Positions 1 to 8,610 of a stretch of 64,000 nt of DNA are shown here, piece after piece. Within the stretch, counting starts at the first letter, position 1; each line of letters starts with the position of its first letter. A model generated the notes under the pieces. The model did not search any database and was not told the DNA's origin. It worked only from the letters and a program-made list of their open reading frames with translations. The stretch comes from Candidatus Poseidoniales archaeon (GTDB taxonomy: Archaea; Thermoplasmatota; Poseidoniia; Poseidoniales; Poseidoniaceae), in the NCBI GenBank assembly GCA_038116375.1, contig JAYNUQ010000007.1:1093-65092 (forward strand), given 5' to 3'. A program made the position numbers and the translations under genes.

Positions 1-3000
1 TCGAAGAATCGGTTCATTCGCAAGTCGGTGTAGTACTCTGCACTTCCCTGAACGGCTTCTTCCACAGGCTCAAGGGTGACCACGAGGTTGGCAACCAGCG
101 TCAAGGGTGGTTCGATAGCCACGCTTCTGATGGTAAAGGTCAGGTCTTCTGGAATGCCTCTTCGCAACAACAAGGTCGACGGAGCATCGTTTGAGATTTC
201 CCAATCCGTACTTGGCGTGGTCAGCCCGCCTTGAAGGAGCGTGTAGGTGATGTTGACTTCCACGTCCTTGTTACCGGTGTTGATGAGGCGGACGTCCCAG
301 TCCCTGCTGATACCGCGGTGGTAATCCATGCTGGTCGGCCAGTCCTCGACCTCGACGATGAACAGCGGTGCGACGATGAAGTTGAAGCGGTGCACTTCCA
401 GTTCATCCTGTGTCGTGGCGTTGAGGACCCGCATCGTGACGGGATAGATGGCTCCGTTGAGCATGCTGTCATCGTCGCCAAGTGAAGGGACATCAACCAC
501 GAAGCTATCTGCGTAGGTCTCACCCACATCGAGGGTGAGCGGTATGCTTGCTGGAGCGACGCTCCAATCATCAAAAACGCTCGTTTCAATAACGACGTTC
601 TCAACGAGGTTGCCGTTGTTCACAAGGGAGAAATCCACCGTTTGGGTTTCCCCAGGTACGACGCCGATCTCATCAAGCGTGCTCAAGACCATGCCGTGTT
701 GTTCACTGATGTTCCCGAGGATGTTTGCAGAGAGATTGAGCCCTGAATCGGCATTGGACACCCAAACCGTGGCGTAATAATTTGCAGCAGCAAGAGCGTC
801 GGCTGTGGGCGTCATGCGAACGCGGACGGTGGATTCGTAGCCCGCTCCGATCTGTACGACGGTTGGAGTCTCAAGCGTGAAGTCGATTTCGCCTGCGTTT
901 GAGGTATCGAGGTACACGCCAAAGAGTGCGGGCGTGTTCCCATCGTTGCTGATGATGATGCTCGTCGTGATGGTGTCGCCGATGGACAAATTCACGGTTT
1001 GGCTCGTTGGAGATACGGAGGCATTGACCTTTTCACCGACCTTGACGGGGACATCAAAAGTGGTGATGTACGCGCCCGTGCTCATCTCTCGAACTTCGAT
1101 GGTGATGGTTTCAATGCTGTTTGCTGGAGCCGCAGGGTCGGTGGTGACCGACAGCGGGAACTTCACGATGTGGTCGGTTTCATTGGACGGGTGATTGGCA
1201 ACATCGGCGGGAACATCAATGACCGTTGTCGATGGCATGATGCTCGAGGTTGAGAAGGAAACATCCCATCCGTCGGGTACGCCATCGGTCAACGAAAGAC
1301 GGTAGGAGGTCATGTTGTTGCCCGTATTGGCGAGGTCAATCTGGAAATCTGTTTTCTCACCGACCATCGCATCAAGCGTTGTACCGTTGTGGCCAACAGC
1401 ATCCGGAATCGGGGGGATGTTGATCACAAGGGATTGCGTGATGGCCGTTGGAATCACGTTGGAACTGCTGTGTGCTGCACCGAGTGTGGGCGTGGCCGTG
1501 AGGGGAATGCTCAACGAACCGGCGAGGGAATAGTTGTCGGCAGGACCTTGAATGGTCATGAGGGCTTGGCTCACTTCGCCCAACGTCATGTTGGGAATGA
1601 ACGACGGCGTCAAACCGACGGCCCATCGGTTGGCTTCGTCAAAGCCTCCTGAGGAAGCTGAACTGAACACTGGGGTGCCGAGCGTGAGCGTCGTGTCCAC
1701 CGTTTCGCTGAGTTCTGTCGCCAAGTTGTGTCGCACCTCAACATCCAAGTTGAGAATCTCTTGGAGGCCTTGGCCGAGTTGGGCCTGCTGAACTTGTTCA
1801 ACCGTCATGTCGATGACACTGACCGGCAAACCTGGGTCAACCACGATGACGGGAAGAATTTGGACAGGTGTGGAATCCACCTTTGGAACACCACCATCGG
1901 CCGAAACGGCTTGAGCCCAAACGGAAAGCGTGTCTCCGTGTCCGTTGGATTCTGCTTCTACGAGGGGGTTCTTGATGACGGGAGGCGTGACGATGAGCGT
2001 AACGTTGACGGATTCACCGGGTTCAAGGATGCCCGTGTAGGTGCTCGAAAATTCAAGGTCCCAGTTGAGGGGGTTTGAGGAGATGCCTCCAGAAAGCAGG
2101 AACACCGAATCAGCGTTTCCGTCGTTGGTGATGTTGACCTGAAGCGGGTAAGGTTGGCCCGGCGTGAGGTCTTTGATGTCGCTGTCCATAAGGATGCTGA
2201 CGTTGTAGGACTCCCCGGCAAGGACAGCGGTTGAAACGGTCCTGGAAATGAGACTGTCGGTGGAGGACGTGAGGGTGAAGGTGATCAAATCAGCGTCGTT
2301 TCGCGAAGCCGTTGCGGGTACCGTGACGTCCACAAACACGTATTCTGTGGCGCCTGGCATGGCCGTTGGTGTCGAGGTTGTGGGCGTGACGCTGGAGATC
2401 CAACCCGACACGCTTGATGCAGCGATGGCGTAACTGTCAACACTCACGCCCGTGTTTTTCACGGAAAAGGTCAGGCGGGTGGTCTGGCCTGGTTCAACGC
2501 TGCGGTCATGGGCGGCCGTCAATTCAAAATCAAACGAAGAAAAGACCACCGTCTGATTGAGGAACTCAATGCTCTTTGCCCAAGAACCGATGCCCTCGAC
2601 GTGCATCTCGCCAATGACCTCCCACTGACCGGCGATGGACGTGGCATCGAATTCCATCTCGACGGGATAGGGAGTTGCGCCACCGGCGTGCAAGGAGCCT
2701 GGGCGAACCACGCTCACAATCTCAGATTGTACGGAAAAGGTGTTGCTTGGGTTGCCAACTTCGGTAAAGTTCAGCGTGAATTGGGCGGATTGATTCTTCA
2801 CACCGGTGTTCACGACGTTCGCAGTGAAGTCGTGCACGATCGGCGACCACACCACGCTGCTTCCGCCGCCGGAAGGCACGGGAAGGTCGTGACTCGATAC
2901 GCTGCTGTCCTGATAGCGGCTGACATTGACAATGAGTTGGTCTTCGTTGTTGTTGGTGTTGATGTCCGCCGTGGAAGCAATGCGGGCCTTGAGAATCTGG

Positions 3001-3371
3001 TTATTGCCCAGCGTGGCGGACCAGGAAAAGACCGTGATGGCGCTCGACTGGCCTGCGCCGATCACCCCGAGGTCGGTGCTGGCCAGAACAACATCACCTG
3101 AAGACGAAGTGCCTTGGAGCAGAAGGGTGAGACTGGCCTGACCGGCGGCGAGTCCGATGTTTTGCACTTGGACCCTTACAATGTGGGTGGCGTCTTCGAC
3201 CTCAATACCAGCACCGAGGTTCATGGAACCCGCATCACCGAGGGTAAATGAGGTCACAACGAAGTCGGGGGTTGAACGTGCGCTTTCAGCCACGGCGAGG
3301 GGGGTGAGGCTTGCGACCAACATCAGGGCGACCAAGGCAAGGGGGACGGTGGGCTTAGACAGGGTCTGCAC
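1..3371 (-). CDS. Large secreted CARDB/NEW3-type beta-sandwich repeat surface protein (possible S-layer or adhesin), N-terminal ~1123 aa. The C-terminus lies beyond the window.
   Basis: My own translation finds no stop in this frame from 3371 down to base 1. The ORF is absent from the track because it has no in-window stop. GTG at 3371 gives MQTLSKPTVPLALVALMLVASLTPLAVAES, which looks like a signal peptide. The body is repeated ~100-aa modules with V.N.GN...F motifs (FSVKNTGVSVDSY, VNITNDGNADSVF, IDLANTGNNMTSY, IIISNDGNTPALF, FSLVNNGNLVENV, VRLINTGNKDVEV). Confidence 0.75.
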   Translation of the reverse strand, partial: MQTLSKPTVPLALVALMLVASLTPLAVAESARSTPDFVVTSFTLGDAGSMNLGAGIEVEDATHIVRVQVQNIGLAAGQASLTLLLQGTSSSGDVVLASTDLGVIGAGQSSAITVFSWSATLGNNQILKARIASTADINTNNNEDQLIVNVSRYQDSSVSSHDLPVPSGGGSSVVWSPIVHDFTANVVNTGVKNQSAQFTLNFTEVGNPSNTFSVQSEIVSVVRPGSLHAGGATPYPVEMEFDATSIAGQWEVIGEMHVEGIGSWAKSIEFLNQTVVFSSFDFELTAAHDRSVEPGQTTRLTFSVKNTGVSVDSYAIAASSVSGWISSVTPTTSTPTAMPGATEYVFVDVTVPATASRNDADLITFTLTSSTDSLISRTVSTAVLAGESYNVSILMDSDIKDLTPGQPYPLQVNITNDGNADSVFLLSGGISSNPLNWDLEFSSTYTGILEPGESVNVTLIVTPPVIKNPLVEAESNGHGDTLSVWAQAVSADGGVPKVDSTPVQILPVIVVDPGLPVSVIDMTVEQVQQAQLGQGLQEILNLDVEVRHNLATELSETVDTTLTLGTPVFSSASSGGFDEANRWAVGLTPSFIPNMTLGEVSQALMTIQGPADNYSLAGSLSIPLTATPTLGAAHSSSNVIPTAITQSLVINIPPIPDAVGHNGTTLDAMVGEKTDFQIDLANTGNNMTSYRLSLTDGVPDGWDVSFSTSSIMPSTTVIDVPADVANHPSNETDHIVKFPLSVTTDPAAPANSIETITIEVREMSTGAYITTFDVPVKVGEKVNASVSPTSQTVNLSIGDTITTSIIISNDGNTPALFGVYLDTSNAGEIDFTLETPTVVQIGAGYESTVRVRMTPTADALAAANYYATVWVSNADSGLNLSANILGNISEQHGMVLSTLDEIGVVPGETQTVDFSLVNNGNLVENVVIETSVFDDWSVAPASIPLTLDVGETYADSFVVDVPSLGDDDSMLNGAIYPVTMRVLNATTQDELEVHRFNFIVAPLFIVEVEDWPTSMDYHRGISRDWDVRLINTGNKDVEVNITYTLLQGGLTTPSTDWEISNDAPSTLLLRRGIPEDLTFTIRSVAIEPPLTLVANLVVTLEPVEEAVQGSAEYYTDLRMNRFF

Positions 3372-3822
3372 CTCCCTTGGTTGGTTCCTTGAATCGGTCG
3401 ATGGTCACGGACTTGCCCTGCCGTTGCCATTGGGCGAGCAGTTGGTTGAGCAGGGCGTCGTGTTCAGAATCTGAAATACCGAGACGGCGACGTTCTTCCC
3501 ACAGAAGAAGTTGTTCGGTTCGAGTGAGCAGGGCATCTCGAAGATAGAGTTCCAGTGTGCGCCTGTAGGCATCGCGGTCGGAAATGGCGTACACGATGGA
3601 ATCGCCTGGCACTTGGTCTGCGCGGTTCTGTATCATGTTGCCGAGCGTTAAGGCCTCGTCGTAGCTTAAGTGGCGCTTGTCAAGGTCCGTTTGGATGGAA
3701 CTTGCTATTTCCTGGAGCGTGTATTTGCTCTCTGCTCGCTGTATTTTCTTGAAATGGCGACGCGCCTTACGAGACATTCGCGCACCGACCATAGTTTCCT
3801 CTGTGCCCTGCCAGTTATTCAA
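3355..3822 (-). CDS. Hypothetical helical protein (140-155 aa). The start is ambiguous: ATG at 3822, 3792 or 3777.
   Basis: ORF track. The composition looks like a real protein (MSRKARRHFKKIQRAESKYTLQEI...). The 3' end overlaps the GTG start of the downstream surface-protein gene by 17 nt on the same strand. I recognise no family. Confidence 0.5.
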   Translation of the reverse strand: MNNWQGTEETMVGARMSRKARRHFKKIQRAESKYTLQEIASSIQTDLDKRHLSYDEALTLGNMIQNRADQVPGDSIVYAISDRDAYRRTLELYLRDALLTRTEQLLLWEERRRLGISDSEHDALLNQLLAQWQRQGKSVTIDRFKEPTKGGADPV

Positions 3823-3979
3823 AGAATCGGTAGGTTGGTGTTGAAATACCCAGAGTGGTTCTTAATTTATTCGCTCTGCATAAAGAGGACATAGGAGTCC
3901 AATTAGCACACACGGACCCGAGAAAGTGTATCGTTTTGGAAAGCAATTCCTTTAGTGGCGAGCATCCGAGGGATTTCCC

Positions 3980-4465
3980 ATGAGCGAAGCAGTAGAACTC
4001 AAGCCCGGCGACGAAGCACCTGCCTTCTCGGCGGTTGACGAAAACGGGAAACAGCACACCTTGCAGCACTACCTTGACCAGGGCAAATCGGTCATCCTCT
4101 ACTTCTACCCGAAGGACTCCACCCCTGGCTGCACCACACAAGCCTGTGATTTCCGAGACAACATGGGGAGGTTGAACGGTGAAGATTACGTTGTCCTTGG
4201 CGTCTCAAAGGACTCGGGTAAATCCCACCAACGCTTTGTCGAGAAGCAGGAACTGAATTTCCCGCTGCTCGTCGACGAAGACCTGGCCTTGCACCAAGCC
4301 TTCGGTACGTGGCGACTCAAAATGAATTACGGGCGAGAATACATGGGATGTGCCCGTTCAACCTTCGTCGTTCAACCCGACGGAACGGTTGCATGGTGCC
4401 GCTACAACGTCAAGGCCAAGGGCCACGTTGGAATGTTGATGCGCGAACTCGGTCTCGGCGAGTGA
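3980..4465 (+). CDS. bcp: Peroxiredoxin, Bcp/PrxQ type (thiol peroxidase)
   Basis: Contains the motif YFYPKDSTPGCTTQACDFRD (peroxidatic and resolving Cys in PGCTxxAC). Length 161 aa and overall similarity fit Bcp. Confidence 0.9.
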   Translation: MSEAVELKPGDEAPAFSAVDENGKQHTLQHYLDQGKSVILYFYPKDSTPGCTTQACDFRDNMGRLNGEDYVVLGVSKDSGKSHQRFVEKQELNFPLLVDEDLALHQAFGTWRLKMNYGREYMGCARSTFVVQPDGTVAWCRYNVKAKGHVGMLMRELGLGE

Positions 4466-4475
4466 GGCGAAGTCC

Positions 4476-4958
4476 ATGGACCAACTCCCTCTGTCCGGTC
4501 AACGCATTGACCTCGAGGGAAACAGCGTAGCGTGGTGGCCGTGCCACATCGGAAAGGATGCGAAGATCGGCGCCGGCTGCTCCATTGGCGCACTGGCCCA
4601 CATCGGCCAACGGGTGGAAATGGGCAAAGACTGCAAAATACAGGGCAGTGCCTACATCGCAGACGAATGCATCCTCGGCGAGCATGTCTTCATTGGCCCC
4701 TCAGCGGTGGTGTTGAACGACAAGTATCCGCCCTCAAACGACCGTGGAAAATGGCAACCGGTCAAGGTAGGCAACCACGCCGTCATCGGAGGACACGCCA
4801 CGGTCATCCCGGGCAACAACATCGGAGAACGGGCTGTTTTGGCGGCAGGTGCGGTGCTTACCAAGCCCTTGCCCGCCGGTGAGGTCTGGGCGGGGAACCC
4901 CGCCGTCTTCCTCATGACCAGGGAGGCCTACGAGCAACAACGGGAGGCCGTCCAATGA
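4476..4958 (+). CDS. Left-handed beta-helix (hexapeptide-repeat) acyl/acetyltransferase
   Basis: Hexapeptide repeats IGKDAKIGAGCSIGALAHIGQRVEMGKDCKIQGSAYIADECILGEHVFIGP and the C-terminal GNPAV motif. GAGG lies ~9 nt upstream of the ATG. Its stop overlaps the next start (ATGA at 4955-4958). Confidence 0.8.
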   Translation: MDQLPLSGQRIDLEGNSVAWWPCHIGKDAKIGAGCSIGALAHIGQRVEMGKDCKIQGSAYIADECILGEHVFIGPSAVVLNDKYPPSNDRGKWQPVKVGNHAVIGGHATVIPGNNIGERAVLAAGAVLTKPLPAGEVWAGNPAVFLMTREAYEQQREAVQ

Positions 4959-5764
4959 GCGATGACCGAACCGCAGTTGCTGAATTTCTTCGCAAATGCA
5001 ACGTCTATGCACAGGCATCCATCGAACGCAAGCGTGCCCGAGGTGAAGAAGATGACATTGCAAAATGGGAATCCTACATCGAATTCAACGAACACGCACT
5101 CGAAGAAATCGCCAACGGCACCCTTGACCGTTGGTTCTCTGGAAACGACGAGGCTTTGGCACCCGTCCACCGCTTGCCCGTCGACGATATGGAACACGTT
5201 GAGCGAAGCATCTGGCTCAACAGCGTCCTTTCACCCCGCCCTGTCGTCGTCGCAGGCACCATGAGCCCACAGGACGAGCGAAACTTTGCGCCTCTCTCTT
5301 CGGTGATGCAAGTTTCAACGGCACCACCCTACCTCACGGCCTCCCTGTCCATCCACAAGGACAAGCGGCCACGGGACACCCTGCAAAACCTGCGTGAAGG
5401 TTCCACGGTCATGCTCAACGTGATGCCACCCACGCCCCGAGGCGCCAGCATCGTGGACGAAACGGCGACGCCGCTGCCCAAAGGAGAGGACGAGGGAAGC
5501 CTCATGCCTCTCGAAACGGTGGCTGGCCAACCGCTTCTCTTGCAAGAGGCTGTTGCGGCTGTTGAAGCATCCTATGTCGAAGAACACGCCCTCCCCGATG
5601 CGGTTGCAACGCTCGTGGTGCTTCGGGTGAACGCCGTCTGGTTCTCCACCTCCACCGTTCCGGCCGGAGGCTTGGACGTGCTCTGTCAGCACGGTCGAGA
5701 CGACATGACCCCTTCGCCCCAAGGTTGGACGCAACGCGTGGAGAAGCACTACGGGCCGGTCTGA
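4955..5764 (+). CDS. Flavin reductase-like (split-barrel FMN-binding, flavoredoxin-type) domain protein with a ~90-aa helical N-terminal extension
   Basis: VLSPRPVVVAGTMSPQDERNFAPLSSVMQVSTAPPYLTASL...RDTLQNLREGSTVMLNVM matches the Flavin_Reduct pattern (PRP..lvsT...N.aP.S....s..PP......dT..Ni). Translationally coupled to the acetyltransferase gene. Confidence 0.6.
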   Translation: MSDDRTAVAEFLRKCNVYAQASIERKRARGEEDDIAKWESYIEFNEHALEEIANGTLDRWFSGNDEALAPVHRLPVDDMEHVERSIWLNSVLSPRPVVVAGTMSPQDERNFAPLSSVMQVSTAPPYLTASLSIHKDKRPRDTLQNLREGSTVMLNVMPPTPRGASIVDETATPLPKGEDEGSLMPLETVAGQPLLLQEAVAAVEASYVEEHALPDAVATLVVLRVNAVWFSTSTVPAGGLDVLCQHGRDDMTPSPQGWTQRVEKHYGPV

Positions 5765-6735
5765 AGGTTCTTCCACGTCAAGGCCAAGCCTTGCTCAAGG
5801 GAGACCTTTGGCGTCCATCCAAGAGCCTTGGTGGCCGCCGTGATATCGGGCAGTCGACGTTGGGAGTCTCCGGGATAGCCTCCGCCAAGAGCCATGTCAA
5901 CCGCCATCGTGCCCACCGTTTGGTTCACCGCCTCGGCGAGCGCACGCATGCTGACCTCTTCGGTCGCACCGATGTTGAACGATGCACCTGCGAGGACGGA
6001 ACCATCAACACCGACATCAAGTTCACCTGCAAGATAGAACCCCTCAACCACGTCGTCGATGTACGTCATGCTTCGAGTTTGGCTTCCATCACCGTGAATT
6101 TGCATCGTTTTTTGTTGCTTGACGGCGTGAAAGAACATGCCGACCACCTGGCCGTATTCATCGCCGAGCATGTCGGCACCGTAGGCGTTGAAGGGACGAA
6201 CGATGCGCCCATCCAAGCCGTGACCTACTGCATGGTGAAACGCCACCTCGTCGAGGTATTTGCTTGCCCCGTAGGAAAACCGTTGATGGCGTGCAGCGGA
6301 TGGAAAGTGACTCACATCTTCAGCTCCAAGCGGCATGGTCTCGTTTTCCCCATAGGCTTCTGGCGAGGAAGCCAACACCGTTCTGGCTCCCCATTCTTCG
6401 GCTTTCCTGAGCACCGCTAAGGTTCCGTTGATGTTGACGTCAATCACCTTCAGCGGGGCTTCGTGGAACCAACGGGTTCCGTTGACAGCAGCCATGTGAT
6501 GAATCAAATCGACCCCCCCGAGAGCGGCCGCACAACGGTCGAGGTCTTCACCAACCCTCACGTCGCCTTCGATGACAACAAGAGTCGAGTCGTTCTCGTG
6601 GTCGGCAAGGTTCTCGAGTTTGCCCCGCCAAAAATTATCCAAAACGACCACTCGGTGGCCTTCCGACAACAAACGCTTGACCAAAGCGGCACCGAGGAAG
6701 CCTGCACCTCCGGTGACCACGACGCGTTTGCTCAT
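5749..6735 (-). CDS. NAD-dependent epimerase/dehydratase (extended SDR, UDP-sugar decarboxylase/dehydratase-like)
   Basis: MSKRVVVTGGAGFLGAALVKRL gives a Rossmann GxxGxxG motif, and YGASK is a catalytic YxxxK. I chose the ATG at 6735, which forms an ATGA overlap with the upstream stop. The longer track ORF (to 6822) would overlap the upstream gene. Confidence 0.85.
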   Translation of the reverse strand: MSKRVVVTGGAGFLGAALVKRLLSEGHRVVVLDNFWRGKLENLADHENDSTLVVIEGDVRVGEDLDRCAAALGGVDLIHHMAAVNGTRWFHEAPLKVIDVNINGTLAVLRKAEEWGARTVLASSPEAYGENETMPLGAEDVSHFPSAARHQRFSYGASKYLDEVAFHHAVGHGLDGRIVRPFNAYGADMLGDEYGQVVGMFFHAVKQQKTMQIHGDGSQTRSMTYIDDVVEGFYLAGELDVGVDGSVLAGASFNIGATEEVSMRALAEAVNQTVGTMAVDMALGGGYPGDSQRRLPDITAATKALGWTPKVSLEQGLALTWKNLQTGP

Positions 6736-8504
6736 GACGTCGCACGCTCCACGACCACGAGTTCGACCCCCGAGGCCGTGCGGGTAAATTCCACCGTATC
6801 CCCCGTGTTCACGGCCATGCATGGATCGTCGTCAAAGCCGTGACCGTAGGGCAGGCCGAGCAACGAACATGCGGGAAGCGTCAGAGGGCAGATGTCTCGG
6901 TTGACCACCGCTTTGGGACCCTTCCCGGTGTAGATGAGGCCCATGAGAACGTAGGGGGCGACGGTTGAACCCGAACCCTTGGGATAGATGAGCACCGTGT
7001 CTTCAATCGCCACCCCGTCAAGAGGATGGCCCGGCTCCTCAACCACACCGGTGTCTCGATTCACATAACCGAGGTAGGTGATGGGGACGTCTGTGACCAG
7101 TGCCTTGCCTCGCACCGAGAATTCTTCTTGCGAGCGAAGGCCAGAACCTGACAGAACGGCGGGTCCAACTTGAGGCGATTTGGCGCTGGCATGCTGAGGC
7201 TGTGCCTTGGGCTGAAGTACGGGTACGGCGCCTTGAATCAAACTCGGGTCTACGGCGTGCGCCACGCAGCCTTCAATGGGCATCACCGAGGTTGGAAGGC
7301 GATTCAGACCGCTGGTCAGGTAGTGTTCGGCCTTGAGCGAGTTCGTGAGAAGGTGATTGTACTTTGAGCGATTGTAGGGGGTGACTTCTGGACAGGTGTC
7401 CTTGAGCAAGAGCGCCCCGCCCTCCTCAAGCAGCCCGATCGTGCCGTCGGCCAGCGCCAAATCGTAATTCTCACCGCTGGTGAACACCCACAGTCGGTGG
7501 TCAGGGATTCTGCGGCCCATCTCCATGTGGGAGCGCAGTGCAGAAGCGGTGATTCGTAATTCTTCAAGGCTGGCTTGTGGACAACCAACGACCACCAGAT
7601 CCACCTGCCCTTGGGGTGCAAGCGCTTGATAGCGCTGACGGAGGTCCGATTCCGTGAAGGTCAATTCACCCTGCCAACCGCCCTCGGGCGCAGCGAAACC
7701 GTCGCCAGCAGGTTTCAGTGGCGGAGCCACGGTGTGGCCTTCCGCCCACAACAGGGCGCAGCCGTAATTCGCAGCGGCAGCGGTCAAGGCTTTCTTTGAG
7801 GCAAACGACATGTGGGCGGGTAGGCCTGTGATGTAGGGCATGGGGCCGTAAGGCATGTTCCATTCGGGGCGTACTTGCTTCCCAATCCAGTCTCCAAGCA
7901 CCGACCAGTCGGCCAAATGGTTCATCTCGCAGTCGACGTGGACACGCAGGTTCGGCGTGCGGTTCTCCTCAAGGTGCAGACCCCAGCGAGGGGCGTAGCC
8001 GGTGAGGGCGGTGGCGAGGGCTGAAAGTCCGGATTCACGGTTGGTAAGAAGAGAAGTCCAGGTGTTGGAAAAACAGACTGCGTTGGATTCCGCCCATGAA
8101 GCAATGCCGGATTCAGATTCAATACCTCGGTCGTAGGGAGTGCATGAAAGGGTGGCGTCGATGCCGAGTTGTTCGTAGGCGTGAACGATTTCGAATTGTT
8201 GTTCGAGGAAATCTGGCCATGCGATGTCCATCTCTTCCATCTTCTCGCGGTCGCAGCCAGCCGAATTCAGCGTCGTGGGTATGGCCACTTGGCCGTCGCC
8301 GTCGGCGGACAAGTCCTGGAGGAAACGTCGTAGCCCATGTCCGCCCGTGATGACGGATACCCCCGAGACGTGGGCGTGAACAACGGGGATGTAGCCGTCG
8401 GCGTTGGCCGTATCGGCGAGGTCGATGACCAAACGGGCCGCCTTCTGCCTCGTCTTTCCCTCGGCTCCCGCCAGTTGGGCAAGCAAAGGTGCAGGAGGCT
8501 CCAT
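6732..8504 (-). CDS. Aconitase X family protein with catalytic (DUF521) and swivel (DUF126) domains fused in one chain
   Basis: 590 aa. The N-terminal ~430 aa resemble the AcnX catalytic domain (VVHAHVSGVS, TLSCTPYD...). The C-terminal ~130 aa resemble the swivel domain (VRGKALVTDVPITYLGYVNRDTGVV...IYPKGSGSTVAPYVLMGLIYTGKGPKAVV). Confidence 0.8.
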   Translation of the reverse strand: MEPPAPLLAQLAGAEGKTRQKAARLVIDLADTANADGYIPVVHAHVSGVSVITGGHGLRRFLQDLSADGDGQVAIPTTLNSAGCDREKMEEMDIAWPDFLEQQFEIVHAYEQLGIDATLSCTPYDRGIESESGIASWAESNAVCFSNTWTSLLTNRESGLSALATALTGYAPRWGLHLEENRTPNLRVHVDCEMNHLADWSVLGDWIGKQVRPEWNMPYGPMPYITGLPAHMSFASKKALTAAAANYGCALLWAEGHTVAPPLKPAGDGFAAPEGGWQGELTFTESDLRQRYQALAPQGQVDLVVVGCPQASLEELRITASALRSHMEMGRRIPDHRLWVFTSGENYDLALADGTIGLLEEGGALLLKDTCPEVTPYNRSKYNHLLTNSLKAEHYLTSGLNRLPTSVMPIEGCVAHAVDPSLIQGAVPVLQPKAQPQHASAKSPQVGPAVLSGSGLRSQEEFSVRGKALVTDVPITYLGYVNRDTGVVEEPGHPLDGVAIEDTVLIYPKGSGSTVAPYVLMGLIYTGKGPKAVVNRDICPLTLPACSLLGLPYGHGFDDDPCMAVNTGDTVEFTRTASGVELVVVERATS

Positions 8505-8610
8505 GACCTTTCCACACGCTGAAACCTCATGAACTCACCCCTCAACGTGGCACCTCCAGCGATAATGAACGGCGGTAGATTAACAACGATTGAAGCCTTT
8601 TTCTCCCGTC

